Shown: one piece after another, positions 18,829 to 27,474 of the stretch
How the letters are laid out: every line of letters starts with the position of its first letter
Numbering within the stretch: the first letter of the stretch is position 1
Assembly (NCBI GenBank): GCA_944383375.1
Contig: CALWPG010000002.1
Coordinates: 19,007 to 83,006 of the forward strand
DNA from: an uncultured Clostridia bacterium
GTDB taxonomy: Bacteria; Bacillota; Clostridia; Christensenellales; UBA1242
Direction of reading: 5' to 3'
DNA length: 64,000 nt
Notes under the pieces: generated by a model
What the model was told of the DNA's origin: nothing
What the model saw: only the letters and a program-made list of their open reading frames with translations
Database searches by the model: none
Translations under genes and position numbers: made by a program

Positions 18829-19548
18829 ATGGAATTAAGACTAGACGACTTACAACTTGATGGACTTAAAATGTATCAGTTTAAAGATGGTTACAATTTT
18901 ACAAGCGACAGTGTGTTGCTTGCAAATTTTGTTTCTTGCAAACACAAAGATATTTGTGTAGAAATTGGCACAGGCAGTGGAGTGATTTCAATACTTGTGT
19001 CACACAAACAAAAACCAAAGCACATCTATGCTTTTGAATTGCAAAGTAAATATGCCAATTTAGCCCAAAAAAATATTGATTTCAACAAAATTGAAAACAT
19101 AACTGTAATAAACGATGATGTGCTCAACTTTAAAAAACATCTATCACAAGAGGTGGAGGTGGTGTTTTGCAATCCGCCATATTTTGACGGAGAAATCAAA
19201 AGTGTCAAAAAAGAAGTTGCCATTTGTAAACACCAAAAATTTTTGTCCATGGAAAAACTAATAGTTTGTGCAAAAGATATGTTGAAATTCGGTGGCTCCT
19301 TTTTTGTTGTCTACCCAGCACAAAATATTAGCAAATTGATTTATTTGTTGACAAAGCATAATCTTATGCCCAAAAAGATGTTTTTTGCACAGCCAAAAGA
19401 AAATAAAAACGCAAACACAGTGTATATAATGTGCAAAAAAGGCGGAAAAGAGGGCACTTTGGTCTTGCCGACACTTATCACAAACAATGACCAAGGTGAC
19501 TATGTGATGACAATACAGAAATTGTACCGTGATAAGGAGGTCAAATGA
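18829..19548 (+). CDS. SAM-dependent N6-adenine methyltransferase, YabB / tRNA1(Val) m6A37 MTase-like
   Basis: ATG at 18829, right after the ricT stop; the track's TTG at 18799 overlaps ricT. SAM motif VEIGTGSGVIS and catalytic FCNPPYF. It occupies the yabB position between yaaT and rsmI. Confidence 0.75.
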   Translation: MELRLDDLQLDGLKMYQFKDGYNFTSDSVLLANFVSCKHKDICVEIGTGSGVISILVSHKQKPKHIYAFELQSKYANLAQKNIDFNKIENITVINDDVLNFKKHLSQEVEVVFCNPPYFDGEIKSVKKEVAICKHQKFLSMEKLIVCAKDMLKFGGSFFVVYPAQNISKLIYLLTKHNLMPKKMFFAQPKENKNANTVYIMCKKGGKEGTLVLPTLITNNDQGDYVMTIQKLYRDKEVK

Positions 19549-20348
19549 TTTTCTTTGTTTCGACACCAATTGGAAACCTAAAAGACATCACACTTCGTGC
19601 CATCGAAGTTTTAAAATCAGTGGATGTCATTGCATGTGAAGATACACGCAACTCATTAAAGCTTTTATCTCACTATGATATACACAAAAAGTTAATTGCC
19701 TACCACAAATTCAACGAAAATGCAAGCGCCAGTGGAATTGTCAAACTTGCAAAAGAAGGTAAAAATATTGCCATAATTTGCGACAGTGGTACACCACTTG
19801 TAAGTGATCCTGGAGAAGTTCTGATAAATTTGTTGAAAGCTGAAAATTTGGAGTACACAGTGGTTCCAGGTGCAAGCGCAACTTTGGCCAGCTTGGTATT
19901 AAGTGGCTTTGGAGGTGGAGCTTTCGCTTTTGTGGGTTTTTTAAATGAACAGAACAAAAAAAGAGAGCAGCAGCTTGAAAATGTAAAAAATTTTAGTGGA
20001 GCAATAATTTTTTATATCTCGCCACATAATTTGTATGAAGATGTTGAATACATCCATTCCATTTTAGGTGAACAAAAGGCATGTCTTTTAAATGAAATAA
20101 CAAAGATGTATGAGAAAAAAATATTTTTCACCTTGGGAGAAAAACTTGATATTGAACCACTTGGTGAATATGTTTTGGTTGTGTATAATCAAAGTTACTT
20201 TAAGCCTAAAGAGGATATAAAAGTCCAATTAAAAAATGCCATTTTAAGTGGAATTGAAAAAAATGAAGCAATCAAGATGGTTGCAAAACAAAATGGCATC
20301 AAAAAAAGCGACGTTTATAAAATTGCACTAGATTTAAACATCAAATGA
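19545..20348 (+). CDS. rsmI: 16S rRNA (cytidine1402-2'-O)-methyltransferase
   Basis: N-terminus FFVSTPIGNLKDITLRAIEVLKSVDVIACEDTR is the RsmI/YabC signature. AGGAGG SD. ATGA overlap with the upstream stop. Confidence 0.88.
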   Translation: MIFFVSTPIGNLKDITLRAIEVLKSVDVIACEDTRNSLKLLSHYDIHKKLIAYHKFNENASASGIVKLAKEGKNIAIICDSGTPLVSDPGEVLINLLKAENLEYTVVPGASATLASLVLSGFGGGAFAFVGFLNEQNKKREQQLENVKNFSGAIIFYISPHNLYEDVEYIHSILGEQKACLLNEITKMYEKKIFFTLGEKLDIEPLGEYVLVVYNQSYFKPKEDIKVQLKNAILSGIEKNEAIKMVAKQNGIKKSDVYKIALDLNIK

Positions 20349-20847
20349 CCCTGCACAAAAGACAACTAAGTATTGCACTGACAATGCCGCCGACAAGTGC
20401 GATGGCTATTGCAGGTGCGATATTTTTTTGTTTTGAGCCTGCAAAATATACTGATGATACATAAAACACCGTCTCACTGCTTCCGAGTATACAACAAGCA
20501 CACCTTGAAATATAACTATCTGCACCATATCTTGAAATTATATCTTCCAATAGAGAAATGCTTCCGCTGCCGGTGAATGGTCTAAGTAGCACTAGTTCGC
20601 AGACTTCACTTGGGATGCCAAATAAGTTGAAAAGAGGTGTCAAAATGTCCACTAAAACGTTTCCTAGTCCACTTACTCTAAACAAAGCCACACATACCAT
20701 GATTGCAACAATGTATGGGAATATTGATTTTACAAGATCAAATGCACCTTTGGCTCCTTGACAAAAAGCAGAATAAACATTAACCTTTTTATATACTGCG
20801 TAAATTATCAATATTATTAAAATAATTGGAATTATATAAACGCTCAT
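20341..20847 (-). CDS. spmB: Spore maturation protein B (nucleoside-recognition/Gate domain membrane protein)
   Basis: Polytopic membrane protein with the LLRPFTGSGS motif. Its start overlaps the stop of the upstream spmA-like gene by 4 nt. Confidence 0.72.
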   Translation of the reverse strand: MSVYIIPIILIILIIYAVYKKVNVYSAFCQGAKGAFDLVKSIFPYIVAIMVCVALFRVSGLGNVLVDILTPLFNLFGIPSEVCELVLLRPFTGSGSISLLEDIISRYGADSYISRCACCILGSSETVFYVSSVYFAGSKQKNIAPAIAIALVGGIVSAILSCLLCRVI

Positions 20848-21404
20848 AGTTTTTTAATCTTTTTATAAATAAATAACAAGCCGACAGCGATAGTTGTGGC
20901 AATTAAACTAGAAATTAAAGTTGGCAAAATTATATCTGCGGCAGCAGTGCTTTGTGCACTAGCTCTAAGCCCAATAACGGTTGTGGGCAAAAATTGAATT
21001 CCAGTGGAATTTATAACTAGCAACATAAGCATTGCAAACTTTGTGTGTTTTAAGTCTTTTTCCATGCTTTTGATGGCTTTAATGCCGCTTGGTGTCGCTG
21101 CATTTCCAAGCCCTAAAAGGTTACAACTTAGATTGTAAGAAACATATTTTATTTGCTCTGCGTCATTGATTTTGAACAATCTCTTTATGACAGGGGAGAG
21201 AAATTTTGCCAGTTTATCTCCAAGTCCAGATTTGTCCACAATTTCCAAAATTCCAAGCCAAACTGCATAAATTGCCAAAAGATTTATACAAAGACTAACC
21301 ACATCTTTTGATTGGTTAATCATAGTGTTAATTATCAGATTAGGTTCAACGAATATTAGCACAACTAAGCTAATAAACATCATGCCTGTCCAAATTTTGC
21401 TCAT
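20844..21404 (-). CDS. spmA: Spore maturation protein A (nucleoside-recognition domain membrane protein)
   Basis: I prefer the ATG at 21404 (MSKIWTGMMFISL...). The track's longer start at 21494 would overlap the tatD start. GLGNAATPSGIKAIKSM motif of the SpmA family. Confidence 0.72.
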   Translation of the reverse strand: MSKIWTGMMFISLVVLIFVEPNLIINTMINQSKDVVSLCINLLAIYAVWLGILEIVDKSGLGDKLAKFLSPVIKRLFKINDAEQIKYVSYNLSCNLLGLGNAATPSGIKAIKSMEKDLKHTKFAMLMLLVINSTGIQFLPTTVIGLRASAQSTAAADIILPTLISSLIATTIAVGLLFIYKKIKKL

Positions 21405-21480
21405 ATTAATGTGTATGTACAAGCCCAGTAAAATATTTGTGTTTATGCAAAAAATGTAATATACTATACACGGAGAAAAT

Positions 21481-22248
21481 ATGTTTATCGACACCCATGC
21501 ACATCTTCAAGATCAGCTCTATCCAAATCTTAAAGACGTGCTAGAAAATGCAAAACAAAACAATGTACAAAAAATCATATGTGCAAGTTATGATTTAAAT
21601 TCTTCTATTCTTTCATGTAATTTAAGCGAGGAGCATGAAGAAATTTTTGCCACGGTTGGCGTGCATCCTGAAAATTGTGTAGAGTATAATGAACATGTTG
21701 AGCAACAACTTGAAACTCTTTGCAAAATGCAAAAAAAAGCAATTGCAATTGGTGAAATTGGACTCGATTACCACTACACAAAAGAAAATAAAGAAACGCA
21801 AAAAAGAGTTTTTATTGCACAAATTAAACTTGCACACAAATTAAAACTTCCAATAGTAATTCACACCAGAGATGCGATAGGTGATACACTTGAGATTGTA
21901 GAAAATTATTCGGAATATATCAAAAATGGTTGTGTATTTCATTGTTTCCATGGCTCAAAAGAAGTGTTAAAAATTATCATGGACAAAGGATTTTATGTGT
22001 CGTATGGTGGAGCAATTACATTTAACAATGCAAACACGCTTAGAGAAATTGTGAGTTTAACGCCTCTTGACAGAATTTTAACAGAAACAGATTGTCCCTA
22101 CATGTCGCCAGTACCATTTAGAGGTAAAACCAACCAGCCAAAAAATATTCCAATAATAGCACAAAAAATAAGTGAAATTAAAAATATTGAAATAAATAAT
22201 CTTGAAAAAATATTAGAGGAAAATACAAAAAATATATACAAAATATAA
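21481..22248 (+). CDS. tatD: TatD-family metal-dependent DNase/hydrolase
   Basis: MFIDTHAHL N-terminal motif, EIGLDYHY, and the ETDCPYM C-terminal motif. GGAG SD upstream. Confidence 0.88.
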   Translation: MFIDTHAHLQDQLYPNLKDVLENAKQNNVQKIICASYDLNSSILSCNLSEEHEEIFATVGVHPENCVEYNEHVEQQLETLCKMQKKAIAIGEIGLDYHYTKENKETQKRVFIAQIKLAHKLKLPIVIHTRDAIGDTLEIVENYSEYIKNGCVFHCFHGSKEVLKIIMDKGFYVSYGGAITFNNANTLREIVSLTPLDRILTETDCPYMSPVPFRGKTNQPKNIPIIAQKISEIKNIEINNLEKILEENTKNIYKI

Positions 22249-22250
22249 AT

Positions 22251-23063
22251 ATGAAAAATAATGAATTAAATAATTTTAAATTTAATAAAAAATATGGTCA
22301 AAATTTTATTTTTGATACAAATTTGTTGTGCGCCATTGTTAAAGATTCAAAAATAAATAAAAATGATGAAGTGCTTGAAATTGGAACGGGCGCAGGTACT
22401 CTCACATTGCAGATAAGCAAGGTTGCAAAAAAGGTTATAAGCTATGAAATTGACAAAAATTTAAAAGATTTTCTTTTGGAAAAATTCCAAAAAATCCATA
22501 ATGTTGAAATTGTATTTCAAGATGCATTAAAAGCTGATTTAAATGAAATTGAGGATAAATTTAATGAAAAATATCATATAATAGCAAATTTGCCTTATTA
22601 TATAACCACCCCGTTGATTTTTAAATTTTTAGAGTCACAAAAAGTTGCTTCTTTAACAGTTATGGTGCAAAAAGAAGTTGCACAGAGGATGGTGGCAAAC
22701 ATAGGCACAAAAGATTATGGAATTTTAAGTGTTATGCTTGCATTTTATTCTGACGTAAACATAACAAGAATTGTAAATAGGAAAATTTTTTATCCTGTTC
22801 CAAATGTTGATTCGGCCGTAGTTCACATAGCAAAGAAGCCAACACCTTGCGATGAAAAATTGTTTTCTAAAGTAGTTCATGCAAGCTTTTCAATGCGCAG
22901 GAAAACCATACTGAATAATTTAAGTTCATCATTGAAATTGGACAAACAAACTGTTTCATCTTGGCTTGAAAAATGTAATATAAGCAGTGATAAACGAGCT
23001 GAGCAGTTGGTGCTTGAGGATTTCGTCAACCTATGCAAGTCATATTTCGACATAAATAGCTAA
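22251..23063 (+). CDS. rsmA: 16S rRNA (adenine1518/1519-N6)-dimethyltransferase
   Basis: KKYGQNFIFD (the KxxGQNFL signature), EIGTGAGTLT SAM motif and ANLPYYITTP. It starts 2 nt after the tatD stop. Confidence 0.9.
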   Translation: MKNNELNNFKFNKKYGQNFIFDTNLLCAIVKDSKINKNDEVLEIGTGAGTLTLQISKVAKKVISYEIDKNLKDFLLEKFQKIHNVEIVFQDALKADLNEIEDKFNEKYHIIANLPYYITTPLIFKFLESQKVASLTVMVQKEVAQRMVANIGTKDYGILSVMLAFYSDVNITRIVNRKIFYPVPNVDSAVVHIAKKPTPCDEKLFSKVVHASFSMRRKTILNNLSSSLKLDKQTVSSWLEKCNISSDKRAEQLVLEDFVNLCKSYFDINS

Positions 23064-23142
23064 TATAGTATATTTTAATGTTCACCAACATAAAAATATT
23101 GCACTATAATATATAGTGTAATTTTTTTTAGGAGATAATATT

Positions 23143-24027
23143 ATGTTGAAAAAAACATTGGTACTTGGTGCCGTGGATGGTGGCAACGAAAAAGCAGTAC
23201 TTAGTATAGAAAAAGATAATGGAGATTATTTTGGTCAGATTAAATTATACAATTTTCACGATGAACCAAATGGAATTTTGTCACTTGGACTTAAAGAGGA
23301 TGACAGGGTCATAAAGATAGGCTTGACCAGAATTGGAAATTTTAGATACACCTTTTCAACTCCAACACCATTAAAGCTTGGTGAATTTTCTTGTGCAGTT
23401 GTAAACATTTACAAGGGTGAAGCGAAAGCACTTTTACATGGTTGCACTCAAAATTCAAAACTCTCTGATGAATTTTTGTCACAAGCTGTTATCCAAATGC
23501 AGGATGCAACTTCGATGAAAGATTGTGAAGATATATTGGATCAAAATAATATCCACTTAGAAGATCAAAATAAAATTGAGAAAATGATAGACGATAATTT
23601 ATCTTCTTGTGGAGACAAATGCACTTCATGTAAGTATAGATATGCTTTTTTTAGCGATGATGAAACATCAAAAGAGCAAAAAGAAAGCTTTTATGATAGC
23701 ATAAGTGAAGATATATCTAACCTGTTTTCAACTCACAATGAGGAGGAGTTTCTTTCCCAGATTATTCCTTTTTCCAAATGGGTGAGGATAGACAACGAAG
23801 ATGGTGATGATTACTACGTCTTGGGATTGATTTACGAAAATGATCAAGTCAAATACATATGTTATGGTGTTCCTGGGCTCTATACGGACGAACCACCAAA
23901 AGAGCTTAAGGGTTATGCTGAATGGCTGCCATTGGATAGTACAAAGGAAAATGACTATGGCTACTGGATAACTTATCAAGATGCCGAAAGTGGCGAAAAT
24001 GTTAAAGCAAGTTTTACGGTAGTTTGA
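23143..24027 (+). CDS. Hypothetical protein (294 aa), no family recognised
   Basis: AGGAG SD 8 nt upstream of the ATG, and a clean ORF. Acidic middle region with CGDKCTSC. C-terminal YYVLGLIYENDQVKYICYGVPG ... YGYWITY segment. It sits where Bacillus has yabG/veg after ksgA. Confidence 0.6.
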   Translation: MLKKTLVLGAVDGGNEKAVLSIEKDNGDYFGQIKLYNFHDEPNGILSLGLKEDDRVIKIGLTRIGNFRYTFSTPTPLKLGEFSCAVVNIYKGEAKALLHGCTQNSKLSDEFLSQAVIQMQDATSMKDCEDILDQNNIHLEDQNKIEKMIDDNLSSCGDKCTSCKYRYAFFSDDETSKEQKESFYDSISEDISNLFSTHNEEEFLSQIIPFSKWVRIDNEDGDDYYVLGLIYENDQVKYICYGVPGLYTDEPPKELKGYAEWLPLDSTKENDYGYWITYQDAESGENVKASFTVV

Positions 24028-24045
24028 TAACTTTTATTCATCTTA

Positions 24046-24074
24046 TTGACAAGCAACCACTGATGGGGTATACT
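24046..24074 (+). promoter_or_regulatory. Consensus-like promoter for the gmk-like gene
   Basis: TTGACA (24046-24051), a 17-nt spacer, then TATACT (24069-24074). A GAGGT SD precedes the ATG at 24098. Confidence 0.55.
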
Positions 24075-24097
24075 TTTTTCAAACATGAGGTATAAGT

Positions 24098-24673
24098 ATG
24101 CTTATAATTATTTCAGGTTCAGCTGGGGTGGGTAAAAATACCATAATCACACATCTTTTGGAAAATCATCCAAACATTAAACTCATACAAACTTGCACAA
24201 CTCGAGTCCCTCGACATACTGATAAGGATATGCATAATCCTTATATCTACATTACAAGAGAAGACTTTGAACAGAAGATAAAGGATGGTGAACTTTTTGA
24301 ACATGAGGAAATTCACAATAATTTTTACGGTGTTTTAAAATCTTCCATTGAGGAGATAAAAAAAAGACAATTCCACTTCATTAAAGATATCGGGGTCTTG
24401 GGGCAAATCAATTTGAAACGGGCACTTAAAAACAAGGTTGAAGTTTTATCGATATTTCTAACGGCACCAAAAGAGGAATTGATTAAAAGGTTAAAAGCGA
24501 GAGGAGATCATGATATTGATCTTAGAATATCCAGAATGGAATTTGAGCTTAGTTATGTAAAAAATTACGACTATTGCATAGAAAATATGAATTTGGAAAA
24601 AACCATAAAAAAAATAGAAAGTATAATAAAAAAGCATGAAAAGATAGAACAAAAAAAATTTAGCAATAAATAA
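24098..24673 (+). CDS. gmk: Guanylate kinase-like nucleoside monophosphate kinase
   Basis: P-loop GSAGVGKNT followed by TTRVPR ... YIYITREDFE ... EIHNNFYG, the guanylate kinase fold pattern. The P-loop differs from the canonical GPSGxGK, so substrate assignment is tentative. Confidence 0.65.
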   Translation: MLIIISGSAGVGKNTIITHLLENHPNIKLIQTCTTRVPRHTDKDMHNPYIYITREDFEQKIKDGELFEHEEIHNNFYGVLKSSIEEIKKRQFHFIKDIGVLGQINLKRALKNKVEVLSIFLTAPKEELIKRLKARGDHDIDLRISRMEFELSYVKNYDYCIENMNLEKTIKKIESIIKKHEKIEQKKFSNK

Positions 24674-24703
24674 AAAGAGTCACTAAAAAGTGGCTCTTTT
24701 TGT
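24673..24703. terminator. Bidirectional hairpin terminator between convergent genes
   Basis: AAAAAGAGTCAC-TAAAAA-GTGGCTCTTTTT: an 8-bp stem (one G.T) at 24676-24698, flanked by an A-run and a T-run. Confidence 0.6.
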
Positions 24704-27147
24704 TATTTGATTTTCGTCAATTCTTGGCTGTTTTGAGAAGAAATTTGAGGTTCTTGCTGTTTTTTTGCTTCCTTTTTCTGTTTTAATGATTTAAGCTTTG
24801 GAAGGCTATCAACAAGTTCTTTAGTTGATATAGACATTTTTGGACTATTTATATTATTCTCTGTTGCTAGATCGGTGAATGTCTTTCTACTAATGTCCTT
24901 GTCTGTAGATAACCATTTTTGATCAGGATTTTCTTTCAGCTGTTTTGCCGTCACATCCAAGAATTCTTTATTGTCTTTGTATGTGGTGTTTTCCATCTCT
25001 TTGACTTGTTGTTTATAACTTTCAAGATTTTTTATATCTTTTTGTATTGTTTGAGTTACATTTTCATTGATGAATTCGCCAGTTTTTTCAAGGAAATCTT
25101 GACGTGATTTAATTTCAAAATCAATATTTTGTAATTCCTCTTGTCTCGACAACTCAAAATTGATGTTTTGTTGTTCGGTAAATTTTGTCATTTCTTCCAA
25201 CTTTTTTGAAGCTGGTCTGTTGCCAAGATCATGGTTATTTTTAACATCTTGTTTGTATTCAGCATGAGAAAGCTTGTTTTTAACTCTTGTGTCATAATAG
25301 TCAAACTTATCTTGTTCATGCTGTGACAAATAAGGCTTTATCTCTTGTTTTTTGTTCAGTTTATTGTATCTTTCAAGCTCTTTCTTCGTCATGTTGTCAC
25401 CATTGAGTTTTTTCTTTCGCAACGCATCAAACTCGTTTAGTTCTTTCTCATTCAATGGCTTTGTTCCATTCTTTTTGTTTTCAAGTTTTTCTAATTGTTT
25501 TTCTTTCTTGGTTCTTTGCTCTTTCGTTAAATTAGGATTTTTTAATTGCCTAATTAGACTATTCAATTTTTCTTGTTCTCTTCTAGTTAGCCTACTTTGA
25601 CTTTTTTGCATCAGTTTCTCGTATTTTCTTTGTTGGCTAGGGGTCAATTGCTTGATATTTTGTTTTGCCTTAACATAATCTTTAATGTCTTTTCCGATAC
25701 TAAATATTGAACTAAATCTAAACTTTGATGTCTGTGCGACCCATGACGTTGTCATACCAAATAAGCACATAAGTGACACGAGAATGAATGCTGGATTTGC
25801 CAACATAAAGCCTGCCATAAAGAAGTTAGCACCCAAGATCAGCAATATTATTCTAAGACCTTTATGCATTGCTTGTGAAGCTGCCTTGTTCTTTTCTGCT
25901 TCAAGTTTTTCGTCACTTTTTTTATTGTTTTCAGCTCCAACCTGATTATTGTTATTATTATTTTGAGCAGGTGGAGCTTCAGGAGTTTTAGGTGGTTGCT
26001 CATGTTTTTGTGCTTTATCATCATCTTGTTCGCTTTGTTTATTAGGCGAGACATTTTCGTCTATTCTAAAATCATGAGCTGGATCTGTTGGATTGCCATT
26101 TGAATTGTCATCTGGATTATCTGTAGTATTTTCCACATCTTGAGTTTGTGGTGGGTCGTTTGTTTCTTGTTGAGCTTGCGTGTTGTCATCTTGTTCATTC
26201 TCATCAACTGACAATTCTGGCTTGTTAACATCAGCAATTTCATTATTTGACTGATTATCATCAGCTATATTAAAGGATGGCTGTGCATTTGTATTGGCTG
26301 CTTGAGATTGTTCCTCTGAAATTTTATTCCTTGCAATTCTATATGTGTTTTTGGGAGATTTAATGGAAGTAAAAGTTGCCTCTTTTGGAAATTCTTTTAT
26401 TTTTTCTTCATCATATTCAAGTCCCAAAAATTCACTTAAGTTTTTGGCATCATTTTTTGATAGGCGAGTACCAGCACTTATTCTATTTTCTGCAGGTTTT
26501 GTCAATTCACTCCTAGGTAAAAAAGTAACTAAATTTCCATCTTCATTTTTTCTCATTTCAACTTTTTTTGCTGAAATTATTTTTGTACCATCTTGATACA
26601 AAATTTCACCATCTGGAGATTTTAAAATATTTACACCATTTTCAAACGTCAATTGGTCATAACCATAACTATCTCTCAGAGTTTTTAACATTTGTGAAGG
26701 GAAATCCGTCATAATGATATCTTTGTTTTTAATTTGCTTAGGTAAATTATATGGAAGAGAAACATCAAGTGGTTTATCAAATTTTGCAATGGATTCAAAG
26801 TTTTTGCCAATCTTCATGCTGATTTCATTGTGTGTAATTTTGAATGTTCTTTTGCCTTGTTCTGTATCAGCTGTGATGGTAAAGTCCGTATTGTACTTTA
26901 TTTGTATGTTTGAAACATCTTTTAAAATTATCACATTGTCTTTGGATATGGCATCAAACTGATGTGAAGAATTGTCGATAGTGAACTCATGATTTTTAGT
27001 CTCAAGCATCATCAGGGCATTTTTAGAGTCCTTAAGATAAAGACAAAGTGCGTCGTCACCCTCTGCCACACGGAAGTTTTGCTTTTCAGTGTGATCGCCA
27101 TATTTTATATCAATGCTAAATCCATTTTTTATATCAGGCATTTTCAT
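24703..27147 (-). CDS. Large (812-814 aa) membrane-hairpin protein: globular N-domain, acidic/Q/N-rich linker, two TM helices, K/E-rich coiled-coil tail
   Basis: The upstream sequence is GGGAGG-ATGAAAATG. The SD abuts the first ATG (27147), so the second ATG (27141) is the likelier start. TM hairpin LRIILLILGANFFMAGFMLA-NP-AFILVSLMCLFGMTTSWVA at nt ~25740-25866. Low-complexity D/E/N/Q/P stretch at nt ~25872-26295. The K/E-rich C-terminal third carries degenerate L-T-x-x-E-Q-x-K-x-x-x-L units. No signal peptide. Confidence 0.75.
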   Translation of the reverse strand: MKMPDIKNGFSIDIKYGDHTEKQNFRVAEGDDALCLYLKDSKNALMMLETKNHEFTIDNSSHQFDAISKDNVIILKDVSNIQIKYNTDFTITADTEQGKRTFKITHNEISMKIGKNFESIAKFDKPLDVSLPYNLPKQIKNKDIIMTDFPSQMLKTLRDSYGYDQLTFENGVNILKSPDGEILYQDGTKIISAKKVEMRKNEDGNLVTFLPRSELTKPAENRISAGTRLSKNDAKNLSEFLGLEYDEEKIKEFPKEATFTSIKSPKNTYRIARNKISEEQSQAANTNAQPSFNIADDNQSNNEIADVNKPELSVDENEQDDNTQAQQETNDPPQTQDVENTTDNPDDNSNGNPTDPAHDFRIDENVSPNKQSEQDDDKAQKHEQPPKTPEAPPAQNNNNNNQVGAENNKKSDEKLEAEKNKAASQAMHKGLRIILLILGANFFMAGFMLANPAFILVSLMCLFGMTTSWVAQTSKFRFSSIFSIGKDIKDYVKAKQNIKQLTPSQQRKYEKLMQKSQSRLTRREQEKLNSLIRQLKNPNLTKEQRTKKEKQLEKLENKKNGTKPLNEKELNEFDALRKKKLNGDNMTKKELERYNKLNKKQEIKPYLSQHEQDKFDYYDTRVKNKLSHAEYKQDVKNNHDLGNRPASKKLEEMTKFTEQQNINFELSRQEELQNIDFEIKSRQDFLEKTGEFINENVTQTIQKDIKNLESYKQQVKEMENTTYKDNKEFLDVTAKQLKENPDQKWLSTDKDISRKTFTDLATENNINSPKMSISTKELVDSLPKLKSLKQKKEAKKQQEPQISSQNSQELTKIK

Positions 27148-27168
27148 CCTCCCTTATACTTTGTCTAT

Positions 27169-27197
27169 AGTATACTCTTTTATATTATGTTTGTCAA
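27169..27197 (-). promoter_or_regulatory. Consensus promoter for the 814-aa gene
   Basis: On the minus strand: TTGACA (27197-27192), a 17-nt spacer, then TATACT (27174-27169). Confidence 0.55.
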
Positions 27198-27250
27198 TAC
27201 TGTTGAGTAGCAAAAATCTTTTAGTTACGACGCAATATTATGCAGGGTGC

Positions 27251-27388
27251 TAAAAAAGAAAAAAATTAATAATAAAAAAATAAAAAAAATATTTTTTTAA
27301 TAATTTATTTTTTTAAAATTATTTTTTAAAATATTTTTTGTTTTTATTGATTTTAAAAATTATTTAAAATAGATTTTAAATTGTTTGA
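27251..27388. other. 138-nt C-free, almost pure A/T tract (A-runs then T-runs) upstream of the giant-gene promoter
   Basis: Direct reading shows no C between 27251 and 27388 and only six G. The 5' part is A-tract-rich (27251-27290) and the rest is T-tract-rich, with reiterated TTTTTTAAAAT(T)AT units. Confidence 0.85.
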
Positions 27389-27413
27389 CTTAAATAGATG
27401 TAAACTATATAAT
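27385..27413 (+). promoter_or_regulatory. Near-perfect promoter for the 3765-aa gene
   Basis: TTGACT (27385-27390), an exactly 17-nt spacer, then TATAAT (27408-27413). The AT tract immediately upstream is placed like an UP element. Confidence 0.7.
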
Positions 27414-27474
27414 TATTTTGTCTAATAATGTAAATAATAATTTTAAAAGTCGTTTGTGTGTGTGGAGAAAAATT

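Noticed and set aside
24919-27210. A series of 62-86 aa plus-strand ORFs (for example 25352-25600, 25685-25945, 26345-26596, 26714-26962) opposite the 814-aa gene.
   Set aside because: They are antisense to K/E/N-rich coding sequence (AAA/GAA codons read as TTT/TTC), which gives F/L/S-rich pseudo-ORFs. There are no start-site signals, and the minus-strand ORF is continuous with a promoter and SD.
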